DNA of 64,000 nt from a virus (taxonomy: Duplodnaviria > Caudoviricetes): the IMG/VR virus record IMGVR_UViG_3300034061_006011; one strand, written 5' to 3'. Under the pieces are notes generated by a model. It searched no databases. It was not told the DNA's origin and was given only the letters and a program-made list of their open reading frames with translations. Numbering within the stretch: the first letter of the stretch is position 1; every line of letters starts with the position of its first letter. Shown in pieces: positions 1 to 9,509 of this stretch. Made by a program: the position numbers and the translations under genes.

Positions 1-2
1 GC

Positions 3-314
3 ATACTACAAGGGCATTGGGGTAATGAAAATAGAAAGTTCTTGAAAGTGTTGCAAAGATGTGCTGTCGCTCTTGCTAAATCAATTGATGAAAGTGACGA
101 CTTAGAAGCAACAATTAAAAAGGTAATTTCTAATTTACAAGCAATAATTAAGAAGATGGGCATTCCTATTAATGCTTTCCAAATATCGCCACAACCTGAA
201 AAGAATGAAAAACCTAATGATGTGGCTGTACAAGATATCGCTCCTGAATTGCCTCAAGCAAGCGGATTTGATACTTCTGGAGCCGCACCAACTTCTCAAA
301 TGCCTCAAAAGTAA
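3..314 (+). CDS. Hypothetical protein, 5'-truncated by window edge
   Basis: Frame is open without a stop from position 3 to TAA at 312-314; P/Q-rich C-terminus. Confidence 0.6.
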   Translation: MLQGHWGNENRKFLKVLQRCAVALAKSIDESDDLEATIKKVISNLQAIIKKMGIPINAFQISPQPEKNEKPNDVAVQDIAPELPQASGFDTSGAAPTSQMPQK

Positions 315-320
315 TAAAAT

Positions 321-1115
321 ATGTGTGGAATTGCAGGATTTATAGGCAAATCAAAAGATATAAGATTGACTTATAATCTCACGAAAAATATTTTTAAAAA
401 ACTAGAAGTCAGAGGCATCCATGCTTCTGGTGTTTTTGCAATAGATGATAAAAATAAAGTTTACTTTGATAAGAAACCAATGATTTCATCTGATTTTGTA
501 AATACAAGTTTTTTCAAAAGCTTAGAAGATAAAAATCTTCATCTGTGTTTACTTCATGCTAGACAAGCTACACCAATGTGTGGTAACCCAGAAGACAATA
601 TTAACAACCATCCTTTTGTCAGTGAAGATGGAAAAAAAATATTAACACATAACGGAATGGTTGATAGAGAAGAATATAAAAATTTAATAAGCATGTTTCC
701 AACTGAATCAACTTGCGATTCAGAAGTTTTACTTAAATTCATGGAAAAGAATGAAGATAATACTGTTAAGTCATTTGGAAAATTGATGGGTCTTACTGCC
801 AAAAGTCAATTTGCTATTTCTTATGTAGATTTTAATGAAAATGAAACAAATTTATATTTAATTAGAAACGCAGCCAGACCTTTATATGTTTTTGATTTGA
901 CTGAAACATTAGGACAAATATTTTTTTGTTCAACAACTGAGATATTTGTACAAGCATTGTCTAGGTTTAAAAGAAGCCAAGAAATTATGAATGACTGTAT
1001 ATTTAATAGAACAATGCCTTATAAGCTTTACAATTTTAAATATTCAAACGGAGAAATTAGAAGGAAATACCACTCAATTAAATTACATAAAGAGGTTATT
1101 ATAGAATATGGATGA
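321..1115 (+). CDS. Class II (Ntn) glutamine amidotransferase
   Basis: N-terminal MCGIAG with catalytic Cys2; HARQAT, NNHPF, HNG and DSE motifs. Confidence 0.9.
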   Translation: MCGIAGFIGKSKDIRLTYNLTKNIFKKLEVRGIHASGVFAIDDKNKVYFDKKPMISSDFVNTSFFKSLEDKNLHLCLLHARQATPMCGNPEDNINNHPFVSEDGKKILTHNGMVDREEYKNLISMFPTESTCDSEVLLKFMEKNEDNTVKSFGKLMGLTAKSQFAISYVDFNENETNLYLIRNAARPLYVFDLTETLGQIFFCSTTEIFVQALSRFKRSQEIMNDCIFNRTMPYKLYNFKYSNGEIRRKYHSIKLHKEVIIEYG

Positions 1116-1638
1116 TTTTAAAGGTCTAGATATCGATGAAATACAACCAAAAAGACCTAACAAAGTCAATGGAAAGAAAAAAGGAAATCGTACAGAATTA
1201 GAACTAACTAAAATTCTTACTACAAGATTCAATATGCCTTTCAGCAGATCTGTCGGGTCCGGCAATCGATGGAGTCAAGCGGATTTACCACAACACGCTT
1301 CTGAAGTTTTCTCTGGTGATTTAATATGTCCAAAGAACTTTAAATTTGTTATCGAAAGTAAAGGCGGATATGACAGCATCGACATGAGTGCTGTTTTTGT
1401 AAATGGAAATAGTGAATTAAATGGATTCTTAAAGCAAGCAACCGCTGATAGTAATCGTTGTGGAAGAAAACCAATGATGTGTTGGAAAAAAACACGAAAA
1501 CCTTGGCTTGCTTTCATCATGACCAATGAATTAATTGGTCATGAATTTGAATATTCATTAAAGTATAAAGAATGGACAGCAATAGCTCTAGACCATCTTC
1601 TAAAACTTAATGACGACTTTTTTTTAAATCAAACATAA
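1108..1638 (+). CDS. Hjc-like Holliday junction resolvase, PD-(D/E)xK fold
   Basis: KKKGNRTELEL...GDL...IESKGG motif pattern. Confidence 0.7.
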   Translation: MDDFKGLDIDEIQPKRPNKVNGKKKGNRTELELTKILTTRFNMPFSRSVGSGNRWSQADLPQHASEVFSGDLICPKNFKFVIESKGGYDSIDMSAVFVNGNSELNGFLKQATADSNRCGRKPMMCWKKTRKPWLAFIMTNELIGHEFEYSLKYKEWTAIALDHLLKLNDDFFLNQT

Positions 1639-2867
1639 TCATCAAGATTGTAAACATTTGATTTAATAGGAATATACTTTTTGTTGTCTTCTGATAAAAA
1701 CCAATACCATCTTTCAGGATGAATAGGATTAACCTTGCTTCCCATACCATCTGTGATAACAAATACAGCAGAAGGATATTTCTTACCTTCCGTTTCTACC
1801 CTTATTTTTTCTTCTATACAGGCAAATGATGTTCCACCCCCTCCATACACCCTTCTGCTCTCAAGTGTCGTCTCTTCAGCCTTTGTATCGAAACAAAACA
1901 ACCTTACGTTGAAACGATCTTCTGGCAGACTTGAAGCTGCTGTAAAAAATCGATCTTTCAATCCATAACAACTTCCAGATGTATCTAGAAAGAAAAATAC
2001 ATCTATTTTTTTTGTTTCTTTATCATAATCTTCTATTTCAGCTTCTGATGGTAATATCATATCAGAATAATAAGCATTCATTCTTCTGGATTTGCGTGAC
2101 CATTGTTCTTTATCGACATCTGCAATTTTAAGTACTTTCATTTTCCATTTGTGGATAACGCTTTCCCATTTTTTATTTTTTATTATTTTTCTTGTTCCTA
2201 ACGATGCCCAAAATCCACTGCCATTGCCAGCCATTTTACTACTAATAATATTATCAATTTCTGTTTTCTCATCATCAGTAAGTTCTCCACCTACCTTTTC
2301 CATTATCTCTTTGATTTCCTCTTCACTTAATGCTTGATGTTCATCAACAAGCTTCTGATTTCCACCAGATTTTCCAGATCCACCATTATTTTCAGGATCT
2401 TTTTTTATTTCATTATAATAAAACTCAGATGTTTCATCGTCTGGATAATTAAGACCATTGTGTTTTTTCTCACCAAAAATAGTGTCAATCCAACAGTATT
2501 CATTTTTTGCATCAATTTCTTCTCTTATGAAACCAAAATCTTTTACAAGAGAATGATTGACCACAATATCAACAGCAATGTTGAATATTTTTGGATTTTC
2601 CTTTTCCTGAAATCTTTTACCATGATTCAGGATAATGTGTAACGCTTCATGACATATGACAAATATTTTTTTATATTCATCACATTCATTCCAGAAATTT
2701 TCATTGAACAAGAACATCAAGTAATTACCTTCTTTATCAAACTGCACAGCAGCAGTTTGAATCTTATCGGTAAATACAGGTTTACCCATTTGAATTATTT
2801 TATAAAAAATACTATGATGGTTTTCCATCTTAGTTAAAATATGATTCCATTCTTCTTTAATGCTCAT
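1629..2867 (-). CDS. Metallopeptidase (HExxH) plus VWA domain protein, DUF2201-like
   Basis: ICHEALH zinc motif; FLDTSGS MIDAS, GGGTSF and VITDG; adjacent to MoxR ATPase. Confidence 0.85.
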   Translation of the reverse strand: MSIKEEWNHILTKMENHHSIFYKIIQMGKPVFTDKIQTAAVQFDKEGNYLMFLFNENFWNECDEYKKIFVICHEALHIILNHGKRFQEKENPKIFNIAVDIVVNHSLVKDFGFIREEIDAKNEYCWIDTIFGEKKHNGLNYPDDETSEFYYNEIKKDPENNGGSGKSGGNQKLVDEHQALSEEEIKEIMEKVGGELTDDEKTEIDNIISSKMAGNGSGFWASLGTRKIIKNKKWESVIHKWKMKVLKIADVDKEQWSRKSRRMNAYYSDMILPSEAEIEDYDKETKKIDVFFFLDTSGSCYGLKDRFFTAASSLPEDRFNVRLFCFDTKAEETTLESRRVYGGGGTSFACIEEKIRVETEGKKYPSAVFVITDGMGSKVNPIHPERWYWFLSEDNKKYIPIKSNVYNLDDYV

Positions 2868-3946
2868 TTGAAAATCCTTTCACGTTCTGAAGAATTTGAA
2901 GCTTTCTGATTCTTCCATACAGATTCATCTTCATAAAAGAAAGAACGTATTTTTTTAATGACTTTTGGATTAGTTCCAGCGGTTAAAACACTTTCAATCA
3001 CTGATTTAAAAATTGGATTAATTTTCCAATTTTCAATTATATAAGAAGAAATTTTTGAATCTTCCTCAGAAATAATAAGACTTAACTTTTCTTTCTTGAA
3101 AAGAGGAACAAAGAATTCAATATATTCTTTGCTTTCATTGATATACTTGATAGCATTATCAAAGTTGTTTTCAACAGCTAAAAACAACTTTGCATCTTTT
3201 ATATCTTTGTCATCAAACATTTTCCTTAACTTTTTGTCAATTGGACCATTAGCTAAAGCTTGACGAAGTTTATTTACATTACTTTCTTGAGGAAGAATAT
3301 CTTCCAAAGGAATTCCTTTTGCCATAAATTCCAACGCATAGTCAAGCCTTCTAGGAGATATCTTTTTCTTAATATCATCAGGAATAGCATTCCACCATTC
3401 AATTGCTATAGTTGATTTTTCACAACCATATTTGTTATTAAAATATTCTGCATCACATGCATATGGAACTTGGATAGGTACATGGAATCTATCTTTCTGA
3501 GCAGGATCTAACTTTTCAACATCATATGTTTCATTCTCGTCTTCTGGATTTATTGCTGCCCAAACAACTTGAAGATTAGGAAACTTCATACCATTAATAC
3601 TCTTGAACTGAATAAGTTCAAGAATTGCATTCCTTATTTTCTTTGGTGATCTATTATATTCATCAATAAACAAAGCCCTGATCTTTGTAGCATCAGCAAA
3701 AGCTTTTGGTCTGATTAATTCAATATATTGAGTTCCATTGCTTTCCCTTTCTTTAGGAATACCAATGAAATCAACCCAAGGATCTAATGTGCTAGCTGAA
3801 AAATATAACCATGAATCACCAAGAACTAATCCTTGAGATTCAAACACACTTTTAATCAATGATGTTTTACCAACACCATGTTCTCCAATTAGAAGAACAT
3901 TGACACCACATTCATAACACTTTGTAAGCTTTTCGACAAGACGCAT
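2864..3946 (-). CDS. MoxR-family AAA+ ATPase
   Basis: Walker A GEHGVGKT, Walker B LFIDEYNR, AAINP, LDPAQKDRF. Confidence 0.9.
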   Translation of the reverse strand: MRLVEKLTKCYECGVNVLLIGEHGVGKTSLIKSVFESQGLVLGDSWLYFSASTLDPWVDFIGIPKERESNGTQYIELIRPKAFADATKIRALFIDEYNRSPKKIRNAILELIQFKSINGMKFPNLQVVWAAINPEDENETYDVEKLDPAQKDRFHVPIQVPYACDAEYFNNKYGCEKSTIAIEWWNAIPDDIKKKISPRRLDYALEFMAKGIPLEDILPQESNVNKLRQALANGPIDKKLRKMFDDKDIKDAKLFLAVENNFDNAIKYINESKEYIEFFVPLFKKEKLSLIISEEDSKISSYIIENWKINPIFKSVIESVLTAGTNPKVIKKIRSFFYEDESVWKNQKASNSSERERIFK

Positions 3947-3998
3947 TGGCTAGCCTCCTTGATGACCAAGGACATACTATACCATTGTTTCAAGCCCA

Positions 3999-4736
3999 TC
4001 AAGAGAAGATTTGAAGATTCATCCGGTCGGAAATATAAATATTGTCACCAATTTCAAGCGTAAACCAAGCGTTGTAAATACCTACATCCAAATCAGTTGT
4101 GTCTAATTGGTAATAAGCAAAATTCTTTTCCCTGTAATCCATTGATACTTGATCTAACACTAAACGAAGGTCTTCCTCCGTTGGCACACAATTACCACAG
4201 TTTAATTCCAAACTTATTTTTACATTAGAATTAATGATTAGGTTTTCATAATATCTACCCAAGTCTGTGCCTTTCGGCACATTGGGCGTAATTTGACAAA
4301 TTAAATATTGCTTTGAACCTTTTCTAAAACGATTAGGTCTGAACACGAAGCTAAAGTCATATACAACTGGAATTGGTGTCGTATACCAAAGATCAGGATA
4401 CAACAGGAAATTATTGATTACTTGACTAGTGCCTTCACTTGATTTGAAGACTATACTCCATACATCTACATACTTTCCTGTTGTATAAAGAGGATACTCA
4501 GCTAAAACTTCAATGTAATACTTTCCAGTATCATCTTGCTTGATATCTGGATCAATCACAGTCTGAATCAAGGTAGCATTTGATAAATCACTAACAGATG
4601 CATTATCAGGAATTTTGTAAATATCTACTTTTTCAATTGAATCAACATTAGAAAAACTATTTTGATTGTAAACAAATAGTCTTAAAATTACAGTATCATC
4701 TGTTGTTGGATTTTGATAACGCTCTTTAGTAGACAT
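3999..4736 (-). CDS. Putative virion/baseplate-associated beta-rich protein
   Basis: Beta-rich composition; N-terminus resembles that of the 47805-50873 baseplate protein; downstream of chaperone genes. Confidence 0.45.
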   Translation of the reverse strand: MSTKERYQNPTTDDTVILRLFVYNQNSFSNVDSIEKVDIYKIPDNASVSDLSNATLIQTVIDPDIKQDDTGKYYIEVLAEYPLYTTGKYVDVWSIVFKSSEGTSQVINNFLLYPDLWYTTPIPVVYDFSFVFRPNRFRKGSKQYLICQITPNVPKGTDLGRYYENLIINSNVKISLELNCGNCVPTEEDLRLVLDQVSMDYREKNFAYYQLDTTDLDVGIYNAWFTLEIGDNIYISDRMNLQIFS

Positions 4737-4741
4737 AATTA

Positions 4742-4912
4742 TTACCTTGACCTAGATTTAGCCTTCCTCATTTCCTTATCATGCTCTTCTTTCTCTTTCT
4801 TCTTCTGCTCAACAAACTTGTCTATCAAGTATCTACGTTCCGAAATCGTTAATTGCAAGAAAGACGATTTGTCAACATGAAGATGATAGAGAAAGAAGAA
4901 CATCTCATCCAT
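4742..4912 (-). CDS. T4 gp51-like small baseplate/tail assembly ORF (56 aa, absent from the ORF track); possible frameshift extension of the upstream ORF
   Basis: Hand translation gives MDEMFFFLYHLHVDKSSFLQLTISERRYLIDKFVEQKKKEKEEHDKEMRKAKSRSR*; lies in the -1 frame of 4942-5958. Confidence 0.75.
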   Translation of the reverse strand: MDEMFFFLYHLHVDKSSFLQLTISERRYLIDKFVEQKKKEKEEHDKEMRKAKSRSR

Positions 4913-4941
4913 CAAAGCCTGCCATAGCTTTAAACTTGGAC

Positions 4942-5958
4942 TTATACCCCCACCTTCTTGTTCCGGGGGAAGAAAAAACCCGAATCAAGTGGCAAATCAA
5001 TCTCAAACTCTTCATTTGAAAAGGGTGAAAGAATGCTAACCTTTGTCTGGATTCCAAAAGGTGGATCGTTAACAAGATTTCTTAAATAATTAACATCTTG
5101 AACAGGAAGATTCTTGATGACAACCTTGAGTTCATCCTTTGATGTAATAGTCTCAATGTTGTTCAACAACTGAGCAGTTCTATAAAGCAAAGTATCATCA
5201 GAAGCACTATCACCAAAAGCCTTAAGCTTTCTTTCCCTGTATTCCTGAAGATCAGTTTCGTCCTTGCCCTTGCTTAAACGATAACTGAACTTCAAACCAC
5301 TCTTTGGAAGAACACCAGAAAGATTGTCTGCTGCGTAATCATCAGGACACCTGTTGATTACTAATGTGTCCAAATCAATCGTCGTTGAAAACTGCTTGTC
5401 AGTATCTGGACAACGTACCTGAACTTCGTAATCAGTACCATAACTAATACCACGAAGATAAATCAAAAGATAAGTTCTATCTTGAGACAATAAATTTTCT
5501 GACTTAATATTTTCTCTAATACACTTGCTAAAAATCATATTAATAGCAGTGCCCTTTTTCACAAATCGTGGAGTAGCAAGAATCTGCTCTTCTTCACCTG
5601 TCATAGGACGAATGTTAACAATTCCATTTGTCGGTCCATCTGTTCCATCATAGAACTTGCCCTTACTTGGAAGAAGCACTTCTTCATAGTGTGTGCTATG
5701 CTGCTTCAAATTATTAATAAGATTTGCTAACTCAGTATTAATCTGCATGCCACCTACGTTCATTGGAGCAGCTTGCTGACGATATGACTGAGTATTATCA
5801 TCTCCAGCAATTGAAGACGTAAACTGTGGAGGAACTCTTCCTGTAACAACTCCCGGTGGTAATGAATTTGCCTGTTGTCTCATTGGATGATTTTCAGGAA
5901 TGTCAATTTGTGAATCATTTGACGCTGGTCGTTGTGGTCTAAAAACTTCATCAGCCAT
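4942..5958 (-). CDS. gp26: T4 gp26-like baseplate hub/tail assembly chaperone
   Basis: LPSKG..Y, IRPMTGEEEQIL, DRTYLLIYLRGISYG and CP..Q pattern; C-terminal GFFFP. Confidence 0.75.
   Translation of the reverse strand: MADEVFRPQRPASNDSQIDIPENHPMRQQANSLPPGVVTGRVPPQFTSSIAGDDNTQSYRQQAAPMNVGGMQINTELANLINNLKQHSTHYEEVLLPSKGKFYDGTDGPTNGIVNIRPMTGEEEQILATPRFVKKGTAINMIFSKCIRENIKSENLLSQDRTYLLIYLRGISYGTDYEVQVRCPDTDKQFSTTIDLDTLVINRCPDDYAADNLSGVLPKSGLKFSYRLSKGKDETDLQEYRERKLKAFGDSASDDTLLYRTAQLLNNIETITSKDELKVVIKNLPVQDVNYLRNLVNDPPFGIQTKVSILSPFSNEEFEIDLPLDSGFFFPRNKKVGV
4972..4981 (-). promoter_or_regulatory. Candidate -1 ribosomal frameshift site (G GGT TTT TTC)
   Basis: In-frame X XXY YYZ heptamers GGGTTTT (4981-4975) and TTTTTTC (4978-4972); -1 frame open to 4742; downstream CCCCC/GGGGG stem. 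Confidence 0.6.
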
Positions 5959-6040
5959 TTTTTTTCCCCTTAAAAATTACGAAACTTAATTTTAAATTAG
6001 TATTCATAATTAAAAACTATATTAGTTTAGGAGATTTTTT

Positions 6041-6421
6041 ATGATTCAGATAGGCTTCCATAACGCAGCAGAATTGCTTTTTCAGAATCAACTTATCAAA
6101 AATGAATTCCCAAAATTTAAACATTTGTTTGATTCTTGGGCAATGGCACAAAAAGTTTCTCACCTTAAAAGTCTTGGAATAAGATCTGTCGTAGATTTTT
6201 TAAACAGCGTAACAAAAGAAGACGTTGAAAAAATATCTTCCATATTCAAAATGGAAGTTAATATTATGAAGACAGATTTAAGTGCATACAGGAATATTAA
6301 AGGTAATATTGAAAATTTTGAATTTCAATTACCTCTTTTTAATAATGTAATGGATTTTCACGTTTATCGTAAAGGTGAAGAAGTTTCTGTACTCATAAAC
6401 ACGGGGAATCAAAATGCTTGA
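6041..6421 (+). CDS. Hypothetical protein
   Basis: 126-aa ORF with AGGAG RBS. Confidence 0.7.
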   Translation: MIQIGFHNAAELLFQNQLIKNEFPKFKHLFDSWAMAQKVSHLKSLGIRSVVDFLNSVTKEDVEKISSIFKMEVNIMKTDLSAYRNIKGNIENFEFQLPLFNNVMDFHVYRKGEEVSVLINTGNQNA

Positions 6422-6728
6422 GTTGACACTTTGGCTTTTCGGATCAATCGGAATGACCAACATTGTTGTTGAATCAGATATTTCAAAGTCTGTTAAAGAT
6501 AGAATCAAACCATATCTTCCAACATTTTTTATGAAAATGCTCAACTGCTACCAATGCTCTGGATTTTGGTGTGGAATCTTTACCACGACACTCATGTATG
6601 TCTTCTGCGGATGGAATCTAGATAAATTACATTATATTTTTCTAGGAGGTTGCGCCACTAGCTTCTTGGCAACATTCTTCGCATTCTTCCAAACTTACCT
6701 AGAAGCAAATAGCATGATTTCGGACTAA
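6414..6728 (+). CDS. DUF1360-like small membrane protein
   Basis: Hydrophobic helices around CYQCSGFW motif. Confidence 0.65.
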   Translation: MLELTLWLFGSIGMTNIVVESDISKSVKDRIKPYLPTFFMKMLNCYQCSGFWCGIFTTTLMYVFCGWNLDKLHYIFLGGCATSFLATFFAFFQTYLEANSMISD

Positions 6729-6730
6729 TT

Positions 6731-6955
6731 ATGTTTTCTATTTGTGAAAATTGTGGAACAAAATATACAGAAACTTCCATCAAAGAATTGGTGGAAGTTA
6801 AACGATCTACTTTGCAAAACATTATCAAAAAAACCGAAGATGATAGGGAAGAATTTAAAATTCAACCATCTATTTATAGATGTAAGCATTGTGGCTTCAC
6901 TTTGAGGATTAAAAACAATGAGCGAGCAAACAAAGAACTTTATAAGCCTTCTTGA
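6731..6955 (+). CDS. Small zinc-ribbon protein
   Basis: CENC and CKHC pairs. Confidence 0.6.
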   Translation: MFSICENCGTKYTETSIKELVEVKRSTLQNIIKKTEDDREEFKIQPSIYRCKHCGFTLRIKNNERANKELYKPS

Positions 6956-7310
6956 TATCAAGACCGCTATGAAAGATGAAACCTTTCGTAGTAAGCTACC
7001 AGAGTCATTGAATCCAGAAGTGCAAAAGTTTATTAATAATCCTAGCTGTTCTTGTAACGTCCCACTTTACAAGAAGATTATTAAAGAAGCTAAAGATCAA
7101 GTTCTTGAATACTTCCCCGGCAAGACTGTAATGTCTCAAGAGGAAGAAGCAGAACAGCTAGCAAAGAACAACTGGCGTGTTGTCAGCTGTTCAATTGGCG
7201 ATCTAGAAAAGGAAATGAAAAAGCTTCCTGCTGGACGTAAACAAATCTCTATGTCAAGATTTGAAGATCAAGTAACTGTAATCATCAATGAACTTGATCA
7301 TATTTTTTGA
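6918..7310 (+). CDS. Hypothetical protein
   Basis: 130-aa ORF in an overlapping operon. Confidence 0.65.
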   Translation: MSEQTKNFISLLDIKTAMKDETFRSKLPESLNPEVQKFINNPSCSCNVPLYKKIIKEAKDQVLEYFPGKTVMSQEEEAEQLAKNNWRVVSCSIGDLEKEMKKLPAGRKQISMSRFEDQVTVIINELDHIF

Positions 7311-8064
7311 TCAACTCTTCAATATTTGCCAACATTTTCTCAGGATGACTTTTGTGCATTCTGGGAATCATTGGCATCTTATCGTAAATGCTACGCTCTG
7401 AAGCTGACTTCAGAGCTTTGGCGTAGAACAATTTCGCTTCTTCAATACGATTAGATTCATATAAGAAGTCGCCCCAAAGACACAATAATTCAACAAAATT
7501 TGGATAATTATTCAATACACTCGGAAACAAATTCTTTAATGTATCATCATACATTTTTTTCTTTAATTTTTCAAAAATGTATCTGTAAACAAGAAATAAA
7601 TTTTCTTCATTTATACCAACAATAAATAAATATTCTTCTAACCTATTAATAAAATTTCCACCATCTTGCCACAAATTATTCCACAAATCATCATATTTAA
7701 TAACATTTTTGTAATTTGACCTAATAAATATTTTTGAAACTTTTTCTTCTTTCGTATTCGTTCTTCTAGACTTAATTATCCAATCATCTATAATAAGATT
7801 GTAATGACTTCCAAAAGATTCTTCATCATCCCATAACTCTATGTCTTCATCTGGATAAAGTACAAAAAAACTTTTTTGATCAAAAAACATAGACAATTCA
7901 GTATTAATGTTTCTTCTGCTATTAAGTAAATTTATTGATTTTAAATTTTTGTCAAAAGTAAAAAAATTAATATTTTCTATTTGCTGGAATTTTAAAATAC
8001 TTTTTTGCTTTTCTTCAATCGAATCAATAATTATAGCACAATTAATTTTCATTTTTTTAAGCAT
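7285..8064 (-). CDS. TPR-like repeat protein
   Basis: C-terminal LWGDFLYESNRIEEAKLFYAKAL TPR-type helix pair. Confidence 0.55.
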   Translation of the reverse strand: MLKKMKINCAIIIDSIEEKQKSILKFQQIENINFFTFDKNLKSINLLNSRRNINTELSMFFDQKSFFVLYPDEDIELWDDEESFGSHYNLIIDDWIIKSRRTNTKEEKVSKIFIRSNYKNVIKYDDLWNNLWQDGGNFINRLEEYLFIVGINEENLFLVYRYIFEKLKKKMYDDTLKNLFPSVLNNYPNFVELLCLWGDFLYESNRIEEAKLFYAKALKSASERSIYDKMPMIPRMHKSHPEKMLANIEELIKKYDQVH

Positions 8065-8082
8065 GCGGACTATATTTTAAAT

Positions 8083-8574
8083 ATGAGTAATCACTATCTT
8101 GATAACAAATATCTTGAAACAAATATAATAGAGTTTCAAAAAGCAAAGAAGCTAAAGAAAAAATACGAACTTTTAAAAGAAGATATAGAATTTAATAAAA
8201 ATAATACAGAAGGCAATCCCACTGTCAGTCTAGATGAAAATAAAATTATAGAAAATGAAAAAATGCTCAAACAAAGTCAAGATAATTTAGCAAAAGAATT
8301 TTTTACACTGTCAGAAAATATTGTTAGATTTAGAAATTTTCAGAAAATTGATTATGATGACGCAGTACAAGAAGGTGTATTTATCTGCTTCTCTAAAATA
8401 GAACGATTCGATCCAACTAGAGGAAGCAAAGCTTTTAACTTCCTGACAACTTGCCTAATACATCACCTAAGACAAATTTATCGTTCAAATAAAAACTTCG
8501 ACGAACTTAAGAAAAGATATCAAGAATACTATACAGCAAAAATGAATAGAGAAATGCCAAGCAGAAGAATTTAA
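8083..8574 (+). CDS. gp55: T4 gp55-like late-transcription sigma factor
   Basis: HYLDNKYL N-terminus and DAVQEG..C...ERFDP.RGSKAFNFLTTC region 2 match the gp55 pattern; ATG at 8083 chosen over the upstream start. Confidence 0.75.
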   Translation: MSNHYLDNKYLETNIIEFQKAKKLKKKYELLKEDIEFNKNNTEGNPTVSLDENKIIENEKMLKQSQDNLAKEFFTLSENIVRFRNFQKIDYDDAVQEGVFICFSKIERFDPTRGSKAFNFLTTCLIHHLRQIYRSNKNFDELKKRYQEYYTAKMNREMPSRRI

Positions 8575-8636
8575 TAAATTCATTTTTTATACCAAAGCAC
8601 TTACTCAATTAGTGTTGGATATTTTGTTTTTGGAGA

Positions 8637-8912
8637 ATGTCGATGAAGAACAGATTCTTAGAAGGCATAGAAAATACCGAATTGCTCCAAATTCTTGAAA
8701 GCAGCTATCTAAAAGAAAAAATTGGTCTGCTACTTTCAAACGAAAACTTAGTTTATACAAAAAAAGGTCGCCTCAATAAATCTGGCGCTTGTAGAATCTT
8801 AAACATGAAAACTAAAGAACTCGAAACTTTTTTAGTAGAATGTAGAAAAGTTTTAGAAGTAGATCAATTCCTCGAACCCGATGAGTATGCATCTCTAGAT
8901 GCAGAAGACTAA
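8637..8912 (+). CDS. Hypothetical, possible HTH DNA-binding protein
   Basis: LNKSGACRILNM HTH-like segment. Confidence 0.45.
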   Translation: MSMKNRFLEGIENTELLQILESSYLKEKIGLLLSNENLVYTKKGRLNKSGACRILNMKTKELETFLVECRKVLEVDQFLEPDEYASLDAED

Positions 8913-9499
8913 GGAAACATGTAAGATTGAACAAGTGAATTCATCTGATCGTCGCACTTTTCCCAATATGCTCTATCATAACGTAGAGTAAGATTGACCT
9001 TCATTACATCATTTCCGGTCATGTCTGTTTCCCCAAATTCAACGTCAGTGGGGAAAGCATTCATGTATGTCCATGCTTCTATCGCATTGCCACATCCATC
9101 AAGCATGAATATCTGAATTGTTCTTTTAAAGTTAGAACCACCAGCACCAACATTTGTTAAAGAACCTTTGTATTGTACAGAAACTTGATTATTGTTTGAA
9201 TCTACGGCATAATTTGCTTTAACCCAATCCCATGCAGGATTATCATTAGCAACATCATATAAAGTTACCTTTAAAGGCTTCCAATCAGGTCTGCCAGCAA
9301 AATATATCGTTTCTATTAAATGAGGTACTTCAATTTCTTTAAATGAAATATTAGGTCTAGAAGATTTTTCTTCTACCATAACTTTACTAATAGCTCTCTG
9401 CCCAGTCACTGTATGAGTGATTCCGGGTATGTACATGATAAAACGGTTTTGCCTCTTGAATAAAACTTGAGAGGCAAAACCGATACCCATATTAGCCAT
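8909..9499 (-). CDS. gp19: Tail tube protein (gp19-like), paralog 2
   Basis: KRQNRF, RPNISF, GRPDWKPLKVTLYD and W...NAFPTDVEFGE...LTLRYD motifs; follows sheath. Confidence 0.85.
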   Translation of the reverse strand: MANMGIGFASQVLFKRQNRFIMYIPGITHTVTGQRAISKVMVEEKSSRPNISFKEIEVPHLIETIYFAGRPDWKPLKVTLYDVANDNPAWDWVKANYAVDSNNNQVSVQYKGSLTNVGAGGSNFKRTIQIFMLDGCGNAIEAWTYMNAFPTDVEFGETDMTGNDVMKVNLTLRYDRAYWEKCDDQMNSLVQSYMFP

Positions 9500-9509
9500 A
9501 TTTTACTTC

